Origin: Harriotta raleighana
Lineage: Eukaryota
NCBI GenBank assembly: GCA_050575255.1
Contig: JBNZDD010013679.1
Span: forward strand, 2,593,367-2,657,366
Reading direction: 5' to 3'
Length of the DNA stretch: 64,000 bases
How positions within the stretch are numbered: the stretch's first letter is position 1; each line of letters begins with the position of its first letter. The position numbers and the translations under genes are program-made. Shown here piece after piece: positions 48,776 to 61,460 of the stretch. The notes under the pieces are model-generated. The model did not search any database, was not told the DNA's origin, and saw only the letters and a list, made by a program, of their open reading frames with translations.

Positions 48776-51069
48776 CGGTGTGACTCTCATAAGAACGGAT
48801 TCTGTTCTGTTGCTGTTATTATCACACTGACCTGGATGCTTTAGCATGCAAGAGTTTTTCTATGTAGAGAAGGGGGCTTGCAAGCTATATATCCCCCATG
48901 GGAATCCTCCTTTAATAAAAAAATTATTAGACACAGTAAAATAGGAAAAAAAAACGAGCAGCTCTTTTACTTCTAGTAATGAGAACATATTGGAATATAC
49001 TCCCACTGTGCTCAATGACTTACAGAAAGTTTATTGGTCTAAAACAACAAAATCCATATATTTACAGCATTCATGTAGAATCAGGATACAGTAGAGTGCT
49101 TTATGTGATTAATTATGTAAACTGTTGCAGAAAAAGAAACAGGCTTCTCACTATGAGGTCTCTTTATCATGGTGTCCTAGTGTGAATAAAACTATAATTG
49201 CTTTCTCTTCCAACAGAAATGTGATGTTGATGAGTAGAGAAAACAATTCCCTTCTGTGCCCCTCACATACCTCCCTCCCATTTGGTACTCCACTGGGCCC
49301 AAAAACCCATGAACAATTTAAACAGCTCAAGCAAGTGTGGCAGTCACAGCATATGAGTTGTCAAGTTAATATATGACTGTGCATAATTGGCCTTGTTGTT
49401 AGGTTACAAAGGGAGACAAATAAAAGTGATTGAGCTCCTAAACGTTGTAGCATTTCAGCGGAGGCTTTTGTTTTGCGCACTGGTAACATGGAAGGAATTC
49501 ACACATACATAAATATGTCTATTCTTAGCTGAGGAATTTGCTGAGTCCTCATTAATTTTAAAAGCAGTCAGTGAAATAAAGTGAGGGATACAGCTGCATG
49601 GTGAACCAACATATTTGAATGTAGCTGAAAGTAATTCGGAGCTGGCCGCTGCCCGCCTTTAATTGATCCTCTGAACTAGTTGTGTCCTCCTTGACCTAGA
49701 GGTGAACTGAACAAATTAGAAAGGTTGTGCAATTAGAATTAGCTGCTTGAAAACTGGTTGCTCATTCTTCACTCTCTCTTTGCATGCCTGCTGATATAGC
49801 AGAAGGAAGAACTGCCCTGCCTGTCTATAAAATCTGGTAGGAGAAGGCAATCTGAGCTGAGGGCGCAGAAGAAGGTTGAAAAGGGAGGTTATTTTACAAA
49901 GATGTCAGTACAGACAAGTATAGAGAAGGGCAGCAAGAAATGCTGTCTCCAAGCTTTTAACTAAAAGAAACAGTTGTAGGGATGATTTCATATTTCCATC
50001 GATAGCAGTGTTCATGAAGAATAAGTAGTTCTGTAGTGACTTGAAATATCTCACAGGTTGGACCAGTAATTACTGTCATATGTAGAGACTACTTTTGTAA
50101 AGCAGGTTTTACATACAGCAAGGTTCCAGACACATCAGTGAGATGAGTGACTAATAATCTGAAAGATAAGGACCCAGGCTACCAAGAGAAAATGCTTTCG
50201 CTTGTGGAATATTCATGGGATCATTCAAGTCCATGGTTTAATATTAATAATCCTTGTGTGTCATTTATAGCCTTATGTCTTTGAGATGTAATTTGTTGGT
50301 GTTGTTGTGAATGCTCTCTGGACCATTTAAAAAAAATAATAATAATAATAATAATAATAATGATTTTGTATTTTGTCTTGTTTTATTTTTACCTTGGAGC
50401 TAAAGGTGACACATCACTTTGGTCTTTATTCAGTAAGCTGTTTGGTAAGTAGTTTGTCATGCTATGCTTGGAAGTAATATTGCTTCACTTCCAGTATCAG
50501 AGGGTCATTAGAATTCACCGCATATTATTCCATGGAATGAAGGAGATATTTAGTTGGACAAAGATATTGCTTGAGTTATGTGATATGTTATGCCCCTTTG
50601 CAACTACAATTTTTGGGTGGATATAAAAGGGAAATAATTACTGATGGTAACCAGTCTCTTAAGCAAACTTTAAATTGAATATATTTCTATGTTTTTGTGC
50701 AGCCTATTAGACATGGCTAAGGCCAATGATATCATTAGAGAGTCAATTTTACTCCCAGCTCTTAAATATGGATTAGAGACTTCAGCAGATGTACAGCTTT
50801 TCTCAGCCTTCAGGGGAAAAAATTCTCAGACTGGACAGTACAGCCACAGTTTCAAAATAACTTTAACTACTGATGTTCCATCATTCCAGTGGTGGAAAGC
50901 AGCACACATCTCTCCCAAAGAGAGGAGGACATCAGGATGCATGTTAAAGGTGAATATGTTAACTCCCTTCTTAAAATTTGTATGTTCGACCGACTATGGT
51001 TACTTTCCCTTCTCCCTAGTTTGGTATTCAACCCCACTACTGCATAGCACTCTGAGACTATCTAATGTG

Positions 51070-51244
51070 AAGATTAGGAACCTAGCAACAGGAGTAGGCC
51101 AATCAGCCCTTTGAGCAGGTTCTGCCATTTAATCAGATCATGGTCGATCTGTACCTCAATTATCCTTTCAATTCCAATTTCCTACTTTCCCCCCATATCC
51201 AATAATACCCTGATCTTCCAAAAATTCCATCAATATCACTCTTG
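51070..51244 (-). mobile_element. CR1/HER1-like 3' end
   Basis: GGAGTAGGCCAATCAGCCCTTTGAG...AGATCATGGTCGATCT. Confidence 0.8.
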
Positions 51245-51775
51245 AACAACAACAACTTTGATTTATATAGCGCCCTCCACGCCGGACGGCATTTCGGATC
51301 ACTTCACAATAGCGGGTCCCGGGACCGAGTCAGGGGCAGGGTTAGAAAGGTGACTAAGTCAGGTGAGAAAGGTGAGAAAGGTCTTCAGCTGGGACCTGAA
51401 GCTGGGAAAAGAGGGGGCGAGGCGAAGAGAGTGAGGAAGGGAATTCCAGAGTCTTGGGTCATAGTGGCTGAAGGCATGGCCGCCGAGGGTGGAGCGGAGG
51501 ATTCGGGGCACATGGAGAAGGCCAGACCTGGTGGAGCGAAGGCAACGGGTACTGGTTTGAGGAGAGAGGAGGTCAGAGAGGTAGGGGGTGCGCACAGAGG
51601 AGTACAACGATTTGAAGACAAGGGTGATGATCTTGAAATCAATCCTCTCTGGGATAGGGAGCCAGTGAAGTCTGGCAAGGACTGGGGTAATGGGGGAGTG
51701 AAGTTTGGTGAGGGTGAGAACGTGGGCGGTAGAGTTCTGGATCAGCTGGACTCTGTGGATTGTGGAGGAGGGAGA
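51245..51775 (-). mobile_element. Young L2 (distinct subfamily) with an open ORF2 C-terminus
   Basis: HRVQLIQNSTAHVL...LHWLPIPERIDFKI...PRLWNSLP with no stops, and a (TTG)n tail at 51245. Confidence 0.93.
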
Positions 51776-51949
51776 CTGGAGTGTAAATATAGATTGCAGA
51801 AATATATATTGCCATATAAATGCCGGCTGATGTAATTTTGCCATGGTTATTGTTGACCCGATGAATTCAAAGTAATGCATGTCAAACATTTTTTATTTTT
51901 TAAATATTTAAAAGCAGTACAGATCAATCTTGAGTTGTCTATGCTGGTT

Positions 51950-52200
51950 TTCGGAGATTGAATAAAACATTCTCGGACAATAAAACCCGAGCACTGGAAA
52001 TGAACAGAGACATGGTAAGGGAGATATGCCATAATACAGTATTTAAATGGATTCTTAGCAATGCAGTTACACAGCTGAAAAAACAAAATCTTGTACATGA
52101 GGGAAAGGAGATTAGGAGGTGTGGACTCTCTTGTGAAGTATAAACAAAACATAGACTAGTTAGACCAAATTGCCTATTGTCGTGCAGTAACATTCCATGT
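51950..52200 (+). mobile_element. Old CR1 3' remnant
   Basis: TTTAAATGGATTCTTAGC...CATAGACTAGTTAGACCAAATTGCCT resembles a CR1 3' UTR. Confidence 0.5.
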
Positions 52201-52579
52201 AATTCAATGTCATTTTTATTCACTTCTTTGTAAACATCAAATATTCAAAGTGTTTGCTCGTGTTTTGTGAATTTCAGTATTTTTAGCCTGGGTAACCCGA
52301 GCAATGACTTCCTAACTAATATCCAGGTGGTCATATGGTCTGTACAGAGACTGATGGCTTTTTCAATGCTCTACACCAATATAGGTGATGAATTGTTCAA
52401 GTGCTCTGCATAAAGGTGATTTCACTGCACAACTGTCACATGCAAACAGATTAATACCTAAAACAAAGTCAACTGCAAGGGTATGCGGAAAGAGCAGGTA
52501 AATAGAACTGAAAGGATTGCTCTTAAAAGAGCACCATAGACACAATGGATCAAATGTGCTGTAAATGTGCTGTGTGCTG

Positions 52580-52815
52580 TAAAAAAAATAAAAAATTGGT
52601 CACTTCAATCCACTGTTTGTGGGACGTTGCGGCAGCCGATTGTGCACAAATAGTGGGACGCTGCTGTGCGCAATCAGCTGCCGCATTTCGCTCACAACTT
52701 AGTCAATTCACTGGGCAGTGTAGCCACAATTTCAAAATTGCTTTATATTCTGTGAAGTGCTTTGAGACATTTCAAAGACATGATAAGGCACTGAAGCAAA
52801 TGCAAGGATTATTAA
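52580..52815 (+). mobile_element. Main-family SINE 3' half with internal rearrangement
   Basis: GTGGGACG...GTG occurs twice with an inverted GGCAGCCGATTGTGCACA piece between, then the normal tail. Confidence 0.85.
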
Positions 52816-53161
52816 ATGTCTATGGTTCCTCAGTTGGGTACTGAAGGAGTCAAAAATAATGGATGCTAATGTTAAAAAAAATTAGGTACTTTTAATTTTT
52901 TGCTTTTCATTTTGGTTGATGGAGGTGAGAATGAGAATTGAAGACCATGTAAGCAAGAGATTGTCATCAGACCAGGTGTTCATTTGAATAAAGACACCAG
53001 CCAAATGGTCCGTTTCTATGATGAAAAAAAGCTTGTGATTAGGGAAAACAAGGAAAACAGATTTACTGCATTATTAGCAGTGATGTATCAACCATTATTC
53101 CTTTTTTATTTGCTCAACTGGGTATCTGACACTTGTGGAAACCCATCACCATATCTTAAGG

Positions 53162-53242
53162 CAGGGATTGCCAATTTGCGGACCATGGAACTCTTGTATG
53201 CATGTGTAATGCACCCCTTTAGGCCACAAGTTGGCCATCCTG
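53162..53242. mobile_element. 81-bp hAT-like MITE
   Basis: CAGGGATTGCCAATTTGCGG and CCACAAGTTGGCCATCCTG form imperfect TIRs. The TSD is poorly preserved. Confidence 0.5.
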
Positions 53243-53364
53243 GCCTTAGACTATCAAAACCAAATGGAGAGTTCAAAGCATTCTGCCAAAAATATTTATT
53301 GGAATAGAATGTGCACTCTCTCCCTGAAGGAATGTATCCTGCTTACCTAATTCCGCAGAGCATA

Positions 53365-54215
53365 ATAACAACAACCACAAACAAGAAAAGTACATTTGTA
53401 CAGCACCTTTCACGTCAGGTGGACATTCCAAATTGCATCAATGTTTCAGACCTGAGCTGGGGTCGGGGATAGGGAGATTGGAGGGAAAGAGGGGATCTGA
53501 GGTGATCGATTGGACCACCAAAGAGGAGGGTCTTGAGGCGGGACATGAAGGAGGCCAGGGAGTGGGAGGGGGGCAAGACAGGTGGATTGTGGGATAGAAA
53601 TCCAGAGGTTTGGGGCAGAGTGACTGACGTCTTGCTTACCAATGGTGGGGTGGATGGGTTGAGGGACATGGAGCAAGCTGGAGGGGGTGGGCATGTTGGT
53701 AGAGATTTAGGAGGTCACAGAGATAGAGTGGGGTGTGGCCATGGAGGGATTTGAATGTGAGGAAACATTGATGTTTCAATGGATCCTGAATTGAATCTTC
53801 TGGGTGATGGGGAGCAAGGGGAGTTGGGTGAGAATGGGGGAACGGAGCTGGGATCTATAGAGGACATGGGCCATAGAGTTCTGAATTATCTGCAACCTAT
53901 GGAGGGATTAATTGGGAAGGCCAACAAGCAAGGTGTTGGTGTAGTTGAGCCTGGATGTGATGAAGGCATAAATGAGAGTTTCAGCGGCCCGAGGGTTGAG
54001 ATAATGGAGAGGTCGGGCACTATCGCTGAGGTGAGCGAAAGCAGAGTGGGTTACGGCTTGGATGTGGGGGAGAAAAGACAGGTGAGAATCGAACAAAACA
54101 CCTGGGTTCCTGACTGGCTTGGTGAGGTTGAGTGTTCAACCATGGAGGTTGATGCTGCCAGTGCCTGATTTGTGAAGGCACTGGTGTGAGCCAATCAAGA
54201 GGGCCTCAGTCTTGT
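53365..54215 (-). mobile_element. L2 LINE 3' 850 bp
   Basis: KTEALLIGS...FDSHLSFLPHIQAV...AETLIYAFITSRLNYTNTLLVGLPN, then tail. Confidence 0.93.
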
Positions 54216-54231
54216 TATTATAAGGCAGAGA

Positions 54232-54571
54232 TTGGCAAGCGCTGAGCCTTGAGGTCCCAGAGTATGTATTGGGGGTATCTCTGGAGTCTTATCAGCTGAA
54301 ACCATATAGCTTGCTATTGAGTGCTTGCTTTTCTGCTCCTTGTCCAGCTAGGACCACCCTACCATTTAAGGCTTAATTTGCAAGGTTAACAGGAGCTGAG
54401 TGGAGAGAATCCTTGCCCCATTAATTGGTTTGTCCGGCCACTGAGTCAGACAGACTGTTGCAATCAGCAATGCCCTGGAATACTGCGGATCCACCAGGCT
54501 CAGGAACAGACTACCAAGAGTGACACAGAGGGTTAGCTAGTTTCTGACATTCTGTTGTCAAACATGTCATT
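54232..54571 (+). repeat. Unclassified ~340-bp dispersed repeat, copy D
   Basis: Colinear with 23116-23468 and with the reverse complement of 9368-9680. Confidence 0.8.
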
Positions 54572-56167
54572 ATTCCTTCACTTTTGTGTTTATTTATCAT
54601 AGAATAGCTAAAAATTGATGCCATTCATTTTCAGCTGTGTGTTTGTTATCCTGTTTCAAAAAAGTTGAAGGAATTACGTAGAGCACTGATGTAACTACCA
54701 GTTTTACAATTCATTACCAGGCTTAAGGGTCAGGTTGAAACAGTGAATTCACTTGTTCAATTTGCATTGAAACTCAATAATCCTCGCTAGAAAAGGGACT
54801 TGAGGTTCTGTCTAGTCTATGACATAGCAAGGGTGTATGGAGTTGGGGAGCATCATTTGCAGACGAAAGAAAAAGTGATTTGCAAAACCAGAACAAGTTT
54901 TGTAAAGCCAAAGAAACAAACCTACTGCACTAACAGCCCATATCAAAATCCAAATACCAGATTGTCCAGTTCTCTAAGGTGCCAGATGATATCCCAGTAA
55001 TAACAAGATCAACTTGCATGCAAATAGCACCCTCTATGCCTGATAGCATCCAAAAGTGCTTAACAATGGTGGAGCCCAGTGCTGAGCCAGTGGGAGTGGG
55101 AGGGTGACCACTAGCATGGTCAAAGAAGAATGTCTTCAGGTGCAATCTGAAAATGGGGAAAGAAGGGACAAGGCGAAGGGATTGAGTGAGGGAGAACCAT
55201 AGCTTTGGGGTGAAATGGCTGAAGGTATGGCCACCAATGGTGGAGCGGAGGATTTGAGGGATAAGGAGGAGGCCATAGCCAGTAGAGTGGAAACAGTGGA
55301 TATTGCTGTCAGGAGAGAGGAGATTGGAGAGATTGAGATGGGGGCGGGGAGTGCCAAAGTGTGGGTGAGAATGCAGGCGGTGGAATTTTGGATGAATTGA
55401 ATTTTGTAAATAGTATAGGAGGCGACGAGGATGACATTTGAATAGTCCAGCCGAGAAGTAACGCATGGACCATATAAGTAGCGTACAGGTTCAGAGAGTT
55501 TTAAGGACAGGTCGGATAGATTGAGGAGGTTAGAANCAAAGTGTGGGTGAGAATGCAGGCGGTGGAATTTTGGATGAATTGAATTTTGTAAATAGTATAG
55601 GAGGTGATGAGGATGACATTTGAATAGTCNAGAGTTTTAAGGACAGGTCGGATAGATTGAGGAGGTTAGAACTGCAGAACAGAAGATGTTGATGGGAGTC
55701 AAAGAAAATGGTTTCCATCTCGACAAGCTGACAGAACATAAGAGGACTCGAGGTCGCAGCTGGAGGAGGAGAAGTAGAGTTAGTGTTATCCATATACATG
55801 TGGAAGCATGTAGATGAGGAAGAGAAGGGTATGAAGGATGGATTCTTGGGGTACCCTCACCTNTATGAAGGATGGATTCTTGGGGTACCCTGCAGGTGAC
55901 CAGGAGGAGGTGAGAAGTAAAACCATTTGCAGAAATGTAGTGTTGGCAGTTTGTGAGGTAGGAGTTGAACCAAGCAAATTCAGTCCCACTGAGGTAGATG
56001 ATAGCGAACAGGCAGTGGAGGAAGATGTTGTGTTTGATTGTATCGAACACGGTAGAGAAATCTAGGAGGACGAGAAGTTAGAGGAGCCCTGGTCACAGAT
56101 AGAGAGAATATTGTTTCTGACTTTCACGAGTGCTGTCTCTGTAGTGTGGGCAGGGCAGAAGAGAGCC

Positions 56168-57130
56168 TGGAGACATCATCCGCAGACATGGGGACAACTT
56201 CTATATGTATGCGGATGACACCCAACTCTATCTTTCTGCCTCCACCCTCTATTCCAGGACCACTACTGTCCTGACAGACTGCCTGTCGGGCATCAAGTCT
56301 TGGATGAGAGCTAGCTTTCTACAGTTGAATGCCAACAAGACCGAGGCCCAACTGATTGGCTCTTGCCAGCACCTCCTCACCTCAGGCACTGGCAGCATCA
56401 CCCTCCATGGATGCACACTCCACTTCACCAAGCTAGTCAGGAACCTCAGTGTCTTGTTCAATCTTCAACTGTCTTCTCCCCCACATCCATGCCATTATCT
56501 GCTCTGCCTTCCCTTACCTGCGCAACATTGCCCGATTCCACCCTTACCTCACCCTTCAGGTGCCTTCATTATGTCCAGGTTGACTATTCCAATGCCCTGC
56601 TTGACAGCCTTCTGAACTCCTTCCTCCGCAGGCCGCAGATCATCCAGAACTCTGCAGCCCATCCTCTCCTGCACCAAGCTCTGAATCTCTCCCATTCTTG
56701 CCCATTGGCTTCCCATCATTCAGAGATTTCAATCAAGATCCTGGTTCTCACCTTTAAAGTACTCCATGACCTTGGCCAAACCGATCAACTAACTCCCTAC
56801 CAACCTGTTCGCTCCCTCTGGCAGCAGCTCTGACCTTGCTGCATGTTCCCCAACTGCACCCCAGCCCCATCAACAGCAGGCGAGGCTTCAGCCACTCTGC
56901 TCCCAACATTTGGAATTCCATCCCACAATCCCTTTGCCCGTCCCCTCCCTAGCCTCCTTCAAGACCCACTCTTCAGCCGTCCCATTAGTCACCCCTTCCC
57001 CTCCCTTCCCTCCACTCTCCCCTAATCTTGTCACCAGCTCAGGTCCGAAATGTTGACTTTAAAGCACCTTGGAGCATCCTCCTAATGTGAAAAACTCTAT
57101 ACAAATGTATTGTTGTTGTTGTTGTTGTTG
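56168..57130 (+). mobile_element. ~960-bp L2 inserted antisense in the long L2
   Basis: GDIIRRHG...MYADDTQLYLS...SWMRASFLQLNANKTE through to the (TTG)n tail. Confidence 0.95.
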
Positions 57131-57176
57131 TGGGGGTTCAAGTAGGGACTGGAGAGAGTGAGTGGACAAAGAGAAG

Positions 57177-57468
57177 TTATGGGGGAGACCATAAATCAGA
57201 GGCCATAAATGCAAAATTTCACCAATAAATCAAATAGGGAAGTCTGAAGAAACTTTTTTACCCAGGTGGGATTGTGGAACTTGCTACCATAAGGATGGTT
57301 GAGCCAAATAGCATAGATGCATTTAAGGGGAAGAAAGGAATAGAAGGTTATGCTGATAGGCTTAGCTGCGGAAGGACAGGAAGAGGCTCATGTGGAGCAT
57401 AAATGCTGGAATAGACCGTTTGGGACAAATGGCCTGTATCTGTGCTGAATATTCGGTGTAATTCTATG
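57177..57468 (+). mobile_element. CR1/HER1-like 3' end nested in the long L2
   Basis: AGAAACTTTTTTACCCAG...TGGAACTTGCTACCA and 3' UTR GTGGAGCATAAATGCTGG...AATGGCCTGTATCTGTGCTG. Confidence 0.85.
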
Positions 57469-59344
57469 TGTATGCAAAGTTGGTTGGCAACATCGTGTCC
57501 CAAAGCTTTGGCCAGGAAGGGTAGGTTTGAGATAGGGTGGGAGTGCCCTAAGTTGGACGGGTGAAAGGTAGGTTTTTAAGAAGGGGAGTGATTCTAGTGG
57601 TTTTGAGGAGGAGTAGGAATGGTCCTGAGGAGAGGGACTGATTAATGGTGTCTGTGAGTAGAGGAGGGTAGTCAGACAATGGGGTTGAGGTAGCAGTTGG
57701 TAGGTTTCATCAGGGTGATGGACAATGAGAGGGAGGAAGGAGAGATGTGGGCAAATGAATGTAGGATGGGGTCCATGGTAGGAGCTGAGGGAGACAAAAG
57801 AGATGGGATGGTGCAGAAGATGAGGCTTCCAGGTAGATGTTTTCTATTTTAAAGGTCAGGGTTCATAACCTCTTCACATGGCATTTGATGTAATGATTGA
57901 AGGTGCTTGAGTATGCACACGGAGAGGTGGAGGATTGTGGAGAATAGGATTTTGGAGTTATGTTTGGTCACCAGAATGATCTTTCAGAAGTACACAGTTT
58001 TTGCTTGTGAGAGGGAGCGGCGGTAGGTGTGAAGGTGTTTGAGCCACAGCTAGTGGTGAACTGTGAGGCTTGCTTTTTTTACCACCTGCTTGAGTTTTGT
58101 GAATTTAGGGAGCAGGGTTTGCTGTTGTACCAGGGTGGTGGGTGGATTTGGATACGGTCCTGGAATTCAGAGGGACAAGTGACTGGAAGGTAGAGGAGAA
58201 ACGATTATGGAGCAGCTGAACCTTTGCATCAAAGTTACTGTGGATGGAAGGCCAGAGGGGTAGGTGGTCTGAGGACAGCAGGGAATTCATAATGGTTTTA
58301 GGGAGAAGCCTTTCCTATGGATAGGAAAGAGGAGTGAAAGGCTTGATGGAGGGGAGAGGGACGCCTCAGGAGAGGGACACTAGGAAATGTTCTGAGATGA
58401 CATTGTCTGTGATGGACAGACTGGAGATATCTAACCTGTGGGTGATATCAAATAGGTACTGGTGGGTGGCCATGGTTGCTGGTTGGGGAGTTTATGTGGA
58501 GAGGGAGATTTAGGGTGGAAAGGAGTGCATTGAAGTCAGAGGAAGTGGAGCAAGCGGAGTTGAATTGGAGGTTCAAATTGCCCTCAACATCATAAATATT
58601 ATGTTTAGTGATATTTAAGAAGTGTTATATTAATCTACACTACGGTGACAAGATTTAATAAAATGAACAACAGTGTTTGGCACAATATACTTTCTGTATT
58701 ACTCAATATGCAGCTGTGCGTCTCTGATAAGACACTTGAGAACAAAGCAGATGTTTATTCCAATTGCATGTGAACCACAGTTTTCAGCTGACAGCTGAGC
58801 TGCCTGAAATTAGTTGCTAATATATATATTGTTATTGCACTGGAGAATATAGCTGACTTGATGGAACCATCTCTCTTGTTTTTAAAAGTTAAGTAGTCCT
58901 GGTAATTGTTTGTCACGCCTTTATTTAAAAATTGTGATTTTTTAATGAATAAAAATTAAAATATTTTCGTACTTTTAAATTGGGTGAATTGGTTTTTACT
59001 TATTATTTTTAATTATTTGTTATTTTTCTTTCAATTTGGTTTCCCTCATCTGCTAAAAGTATGGCCTCTTGCTGCAGTCATTCTTGTACGAACCTGGGCA
59101 GAGAACATTGATAAGCTGTATATTAAGAGGGGGGTGTCCAAATCCCTGATGGTCTAGAGTATTGAGATATTATCCCAATATGAAAGGTGCTATACAAATG
59201 TAATTTGTTGTCAGAACTGAACCCAATCCTATCCTTCCCCCCTTAATACCTCTGGTATCCAGATACCTGTATATTTTAAACATTTTTATATCTTAATTTA
59301 TACTTTGGTTCATTTCCAGCTTGTTATTGCACTCAATAGTGGGT

Positions 59345-59942
59345 GTCTGGCAAATATGGTCAGTGCTTCACAAGTGAGAAATCTGGGTTTGATTTCCATT
59401 GGGGCAAAACCTTGGGAAAGTTTTTTACTTCACAGGCCTGGTTATAATTTAAAAAATTGGTCACTTCAATCCACGACTGTTTGTGGTACATTGCTGTGCT
59501 CAATTGGCTGCCATGTTTCTCCCACAAATAGACAGTCAATTCACTTTACAGTTTAATCTGTGAAGTGTTTTGAGACAGCTAGAAGATCAATCAATCCAAA
59601 TAACATTTATATAGCGCCTTTCACGTCGTGAGGACGTCCCAAGGCGCTGTACAGTCAAGTAGGGATCAGAACGGGGGGGGTCGGGGGAAGGAAAGTAGGA
59701 AAAATTGATGGTATATTTGTTGGCAAAACGCGGCAGCCAAATTGCGCACAGCAGAGTCCCACAAAGTGGGGTTAGGGGAGAAAGGGGGGAAAGATGGCCA
59801 GGTGTAGGGTCGGGATAGGGGGAAGGAGAACAGGAAAAAATGACTGTATATTGCACACATCAGTGTCCCACAATTAGTGCCACAAAAGATGTGAAAACTG
59901 CTATTTCAAATGCAAGTATTATAATTATTATTGCTATTATTA
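59345..59942 (+). mobile_element. Main-family SINE whose tail is split by the composite element
   Basis: Head/B-box CTGGGTTTGATTTCC and body to AGAAGAT (59587). The tail resumes at AAGATGTGAAAACTGC (59886). Confidence 0.85.
59588..59885 (-). mobile_element. Composite SINE/L2-tail element with a (GATT)n tail, copy 2
   Basis: Reverse complement aligns with 32344-32626. AAGAT is duplicated at the ends. Confidence 0.85.
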
Positions 59943-59944
59943 TT

Positions 59945-60300
59945 CCTATTGATTCCACCTCTGCTGCGAAGAAATGCTTCCTGTCCTCAGATCTAACCAT
60001 CATTGTTCTAAATTTAAGGCCAAGCCACTTGTAAATAGTTCTCTTTAGCAAAGGGCAGAATTATCTACTGTATTACATATCTATTTCTTTCATTATTTGA
60101 AATGCCTCGATCAAATTGCCCCTTAATCACCTCTTCTGCAAAGAACATAATAATAATCCTAGCATTTGATATTGCATTGTTGGACATCTCAAAGCTCTTC
60201 ACAGAATATTCTGTTAAGTGGATTGACTGATTATTTTGTGGCAGCCAATTGTGCACAGGAGCATCCCATAAACAGTTGTGAATTGATTGATCGATTTTTT
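59945..60300 (-). mobile_element. CR1 fragment (59945-60145) and SINE 3' half (60147-60300)
   Basis: Minus strand LKFRTMMVRSEDRKHFFAAEV and KGQFDRGI-like CR1 motifs, then a SINE tail. Confidence 0.7.
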
Positions 60301-60354
60301 AAAATGTCTAATCCATTCTACCCAGCCTCTCATCATTGCTAACACAATGGATTC

Positions 60355-60402
60355 TAACACAAGTGCATGAGATGGCGCTACATAAATGCAAGCTGTTGTT
60401 GT
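60355..60402 (+). mobile_element. 48-bp L2 tail insertion with a 15-bp TSD
   Basis: TAACACAATGGATTC at 60340-60354 and 60403-60417 flanks GGCGCTACATAAATGCAAGCTGTTGTTG. Confidence 0.85.
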
Positions 60403-60689
60403 TAACACAATGGATTCCTCTGTAGCCACATACTTCCAATTAATGACCGTAAGTACTCATGGTAAAAATAATATATATACATTGTGGGTTGTGGAGTTTT
60501 GATCTTATTGTAAGCCCTTGTAAGCTCTTGAGCCTTGGACATCTTGAGTTGCAAACTTCAAGTAAAATGGGAACTGCAATTTATATAGCTCCAAACAATT
60601 TTGCACATGTTGTGGATGTCTTTCTGAAGTGAAAGGCAATATATAAATGTAGTTTGTTGTTGTAAAGGAAGAGGCTATTTAAGTATGCC

Positions 60690-61460
60690 ATCTCTGACTG
60701 ATGTTTTTATTAGAACCAGTGCAAGTACTACATAATCCATGTAAATGCGTATAATCAACCATGCCTGCAGAGGATAAACCTAAATGAGATGCAGTAACTG
60801 AAGTATTGTAAAGGATAACCATTGTGCACGCAACTCTATGCATCAGGCTCTTTCCGATCACCAACTCAGCAAAGAGATATTTCGCAATGTGCAATTGTGT
60901 TGTGCAGACAAAAACTACTTTTTCTTTGAAGGTTTTAGAAACTAATTAATTTGTCCAGAATGCAGTAACAGCAGTTTAAGGGCCAGTGACATATTTTTGC
61001 AGTAGGCAATGCCAAAGTGCATGGGATCATTGACTGTAGGTCTGTGGCTATTGGAGAACCCACCATCAGCTTGATTATCTACACCAACCGCAAGGCATTT
61101 CCTTCCCTAAATCTGCAAATGATCTGTGACTATACAAGAAACAGGTTGCACCTAAATACCAAGTATCCTGGAGGACCCAAGACTTTCTTTTAATTGAAAA
61201 CTTCAACACTTTTGTATCTTTCTGAAGACCCAGCAAATGTAAACACTGCTGTATAGGAGATTTGGAGAATGCTTTCACGCAATAATTAATGAGACCTGTT
61301 CATAGTGTTCATATACTCTAACTGAGGTGGCAATTAACCAAGAAATGTCACATTGTCACCAAAAAGCTATTGTCCTTCTCCAAGGTGAAAACATGTACTG
61401 ACTGAATCAACAATGTCTTAATCCTCTCCTAAAGCTATTCACATGAGTTGAACCTAAAGC
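60690..61460 (-). mobile_element. Probable RTE-clade LINE fossil
   Basis: Ordered minus-strand motifs GLRHC*FSQYMF, LFGDNV, LLGLQ..TKVL, WYLGAT, IAKYLFAELVIGK parallel RTE GVRQGC.LSP.LF, LFADD, FGL..KT.V, YLGS, IPK.L.GEL..GK. Confidence 0.5.

Larger units (their letters stand above)
54998..58590 (-). mobile_element. Long decayed L2 (endonuclease end to 3' tail), interrupted by a younger L2 and a CR1
   Basis: Minus-strand order: GNLNLQFNS..LHINSPT, ISEHFLVS (APE domain), PISNLPFLAK, HTTETALVKV, WFNSYLT, VPQESIL, LKTFFFDHASG, tail. Confidence 0.88.

Noticed and set aside
51242-51835. Longest ORF in the track (197 aa, +) and similar G-rich ORFs (53779-54168, 30881-31138)
   Set aside because: Antisense frames of L2 ORF2, which are often stop-poor.
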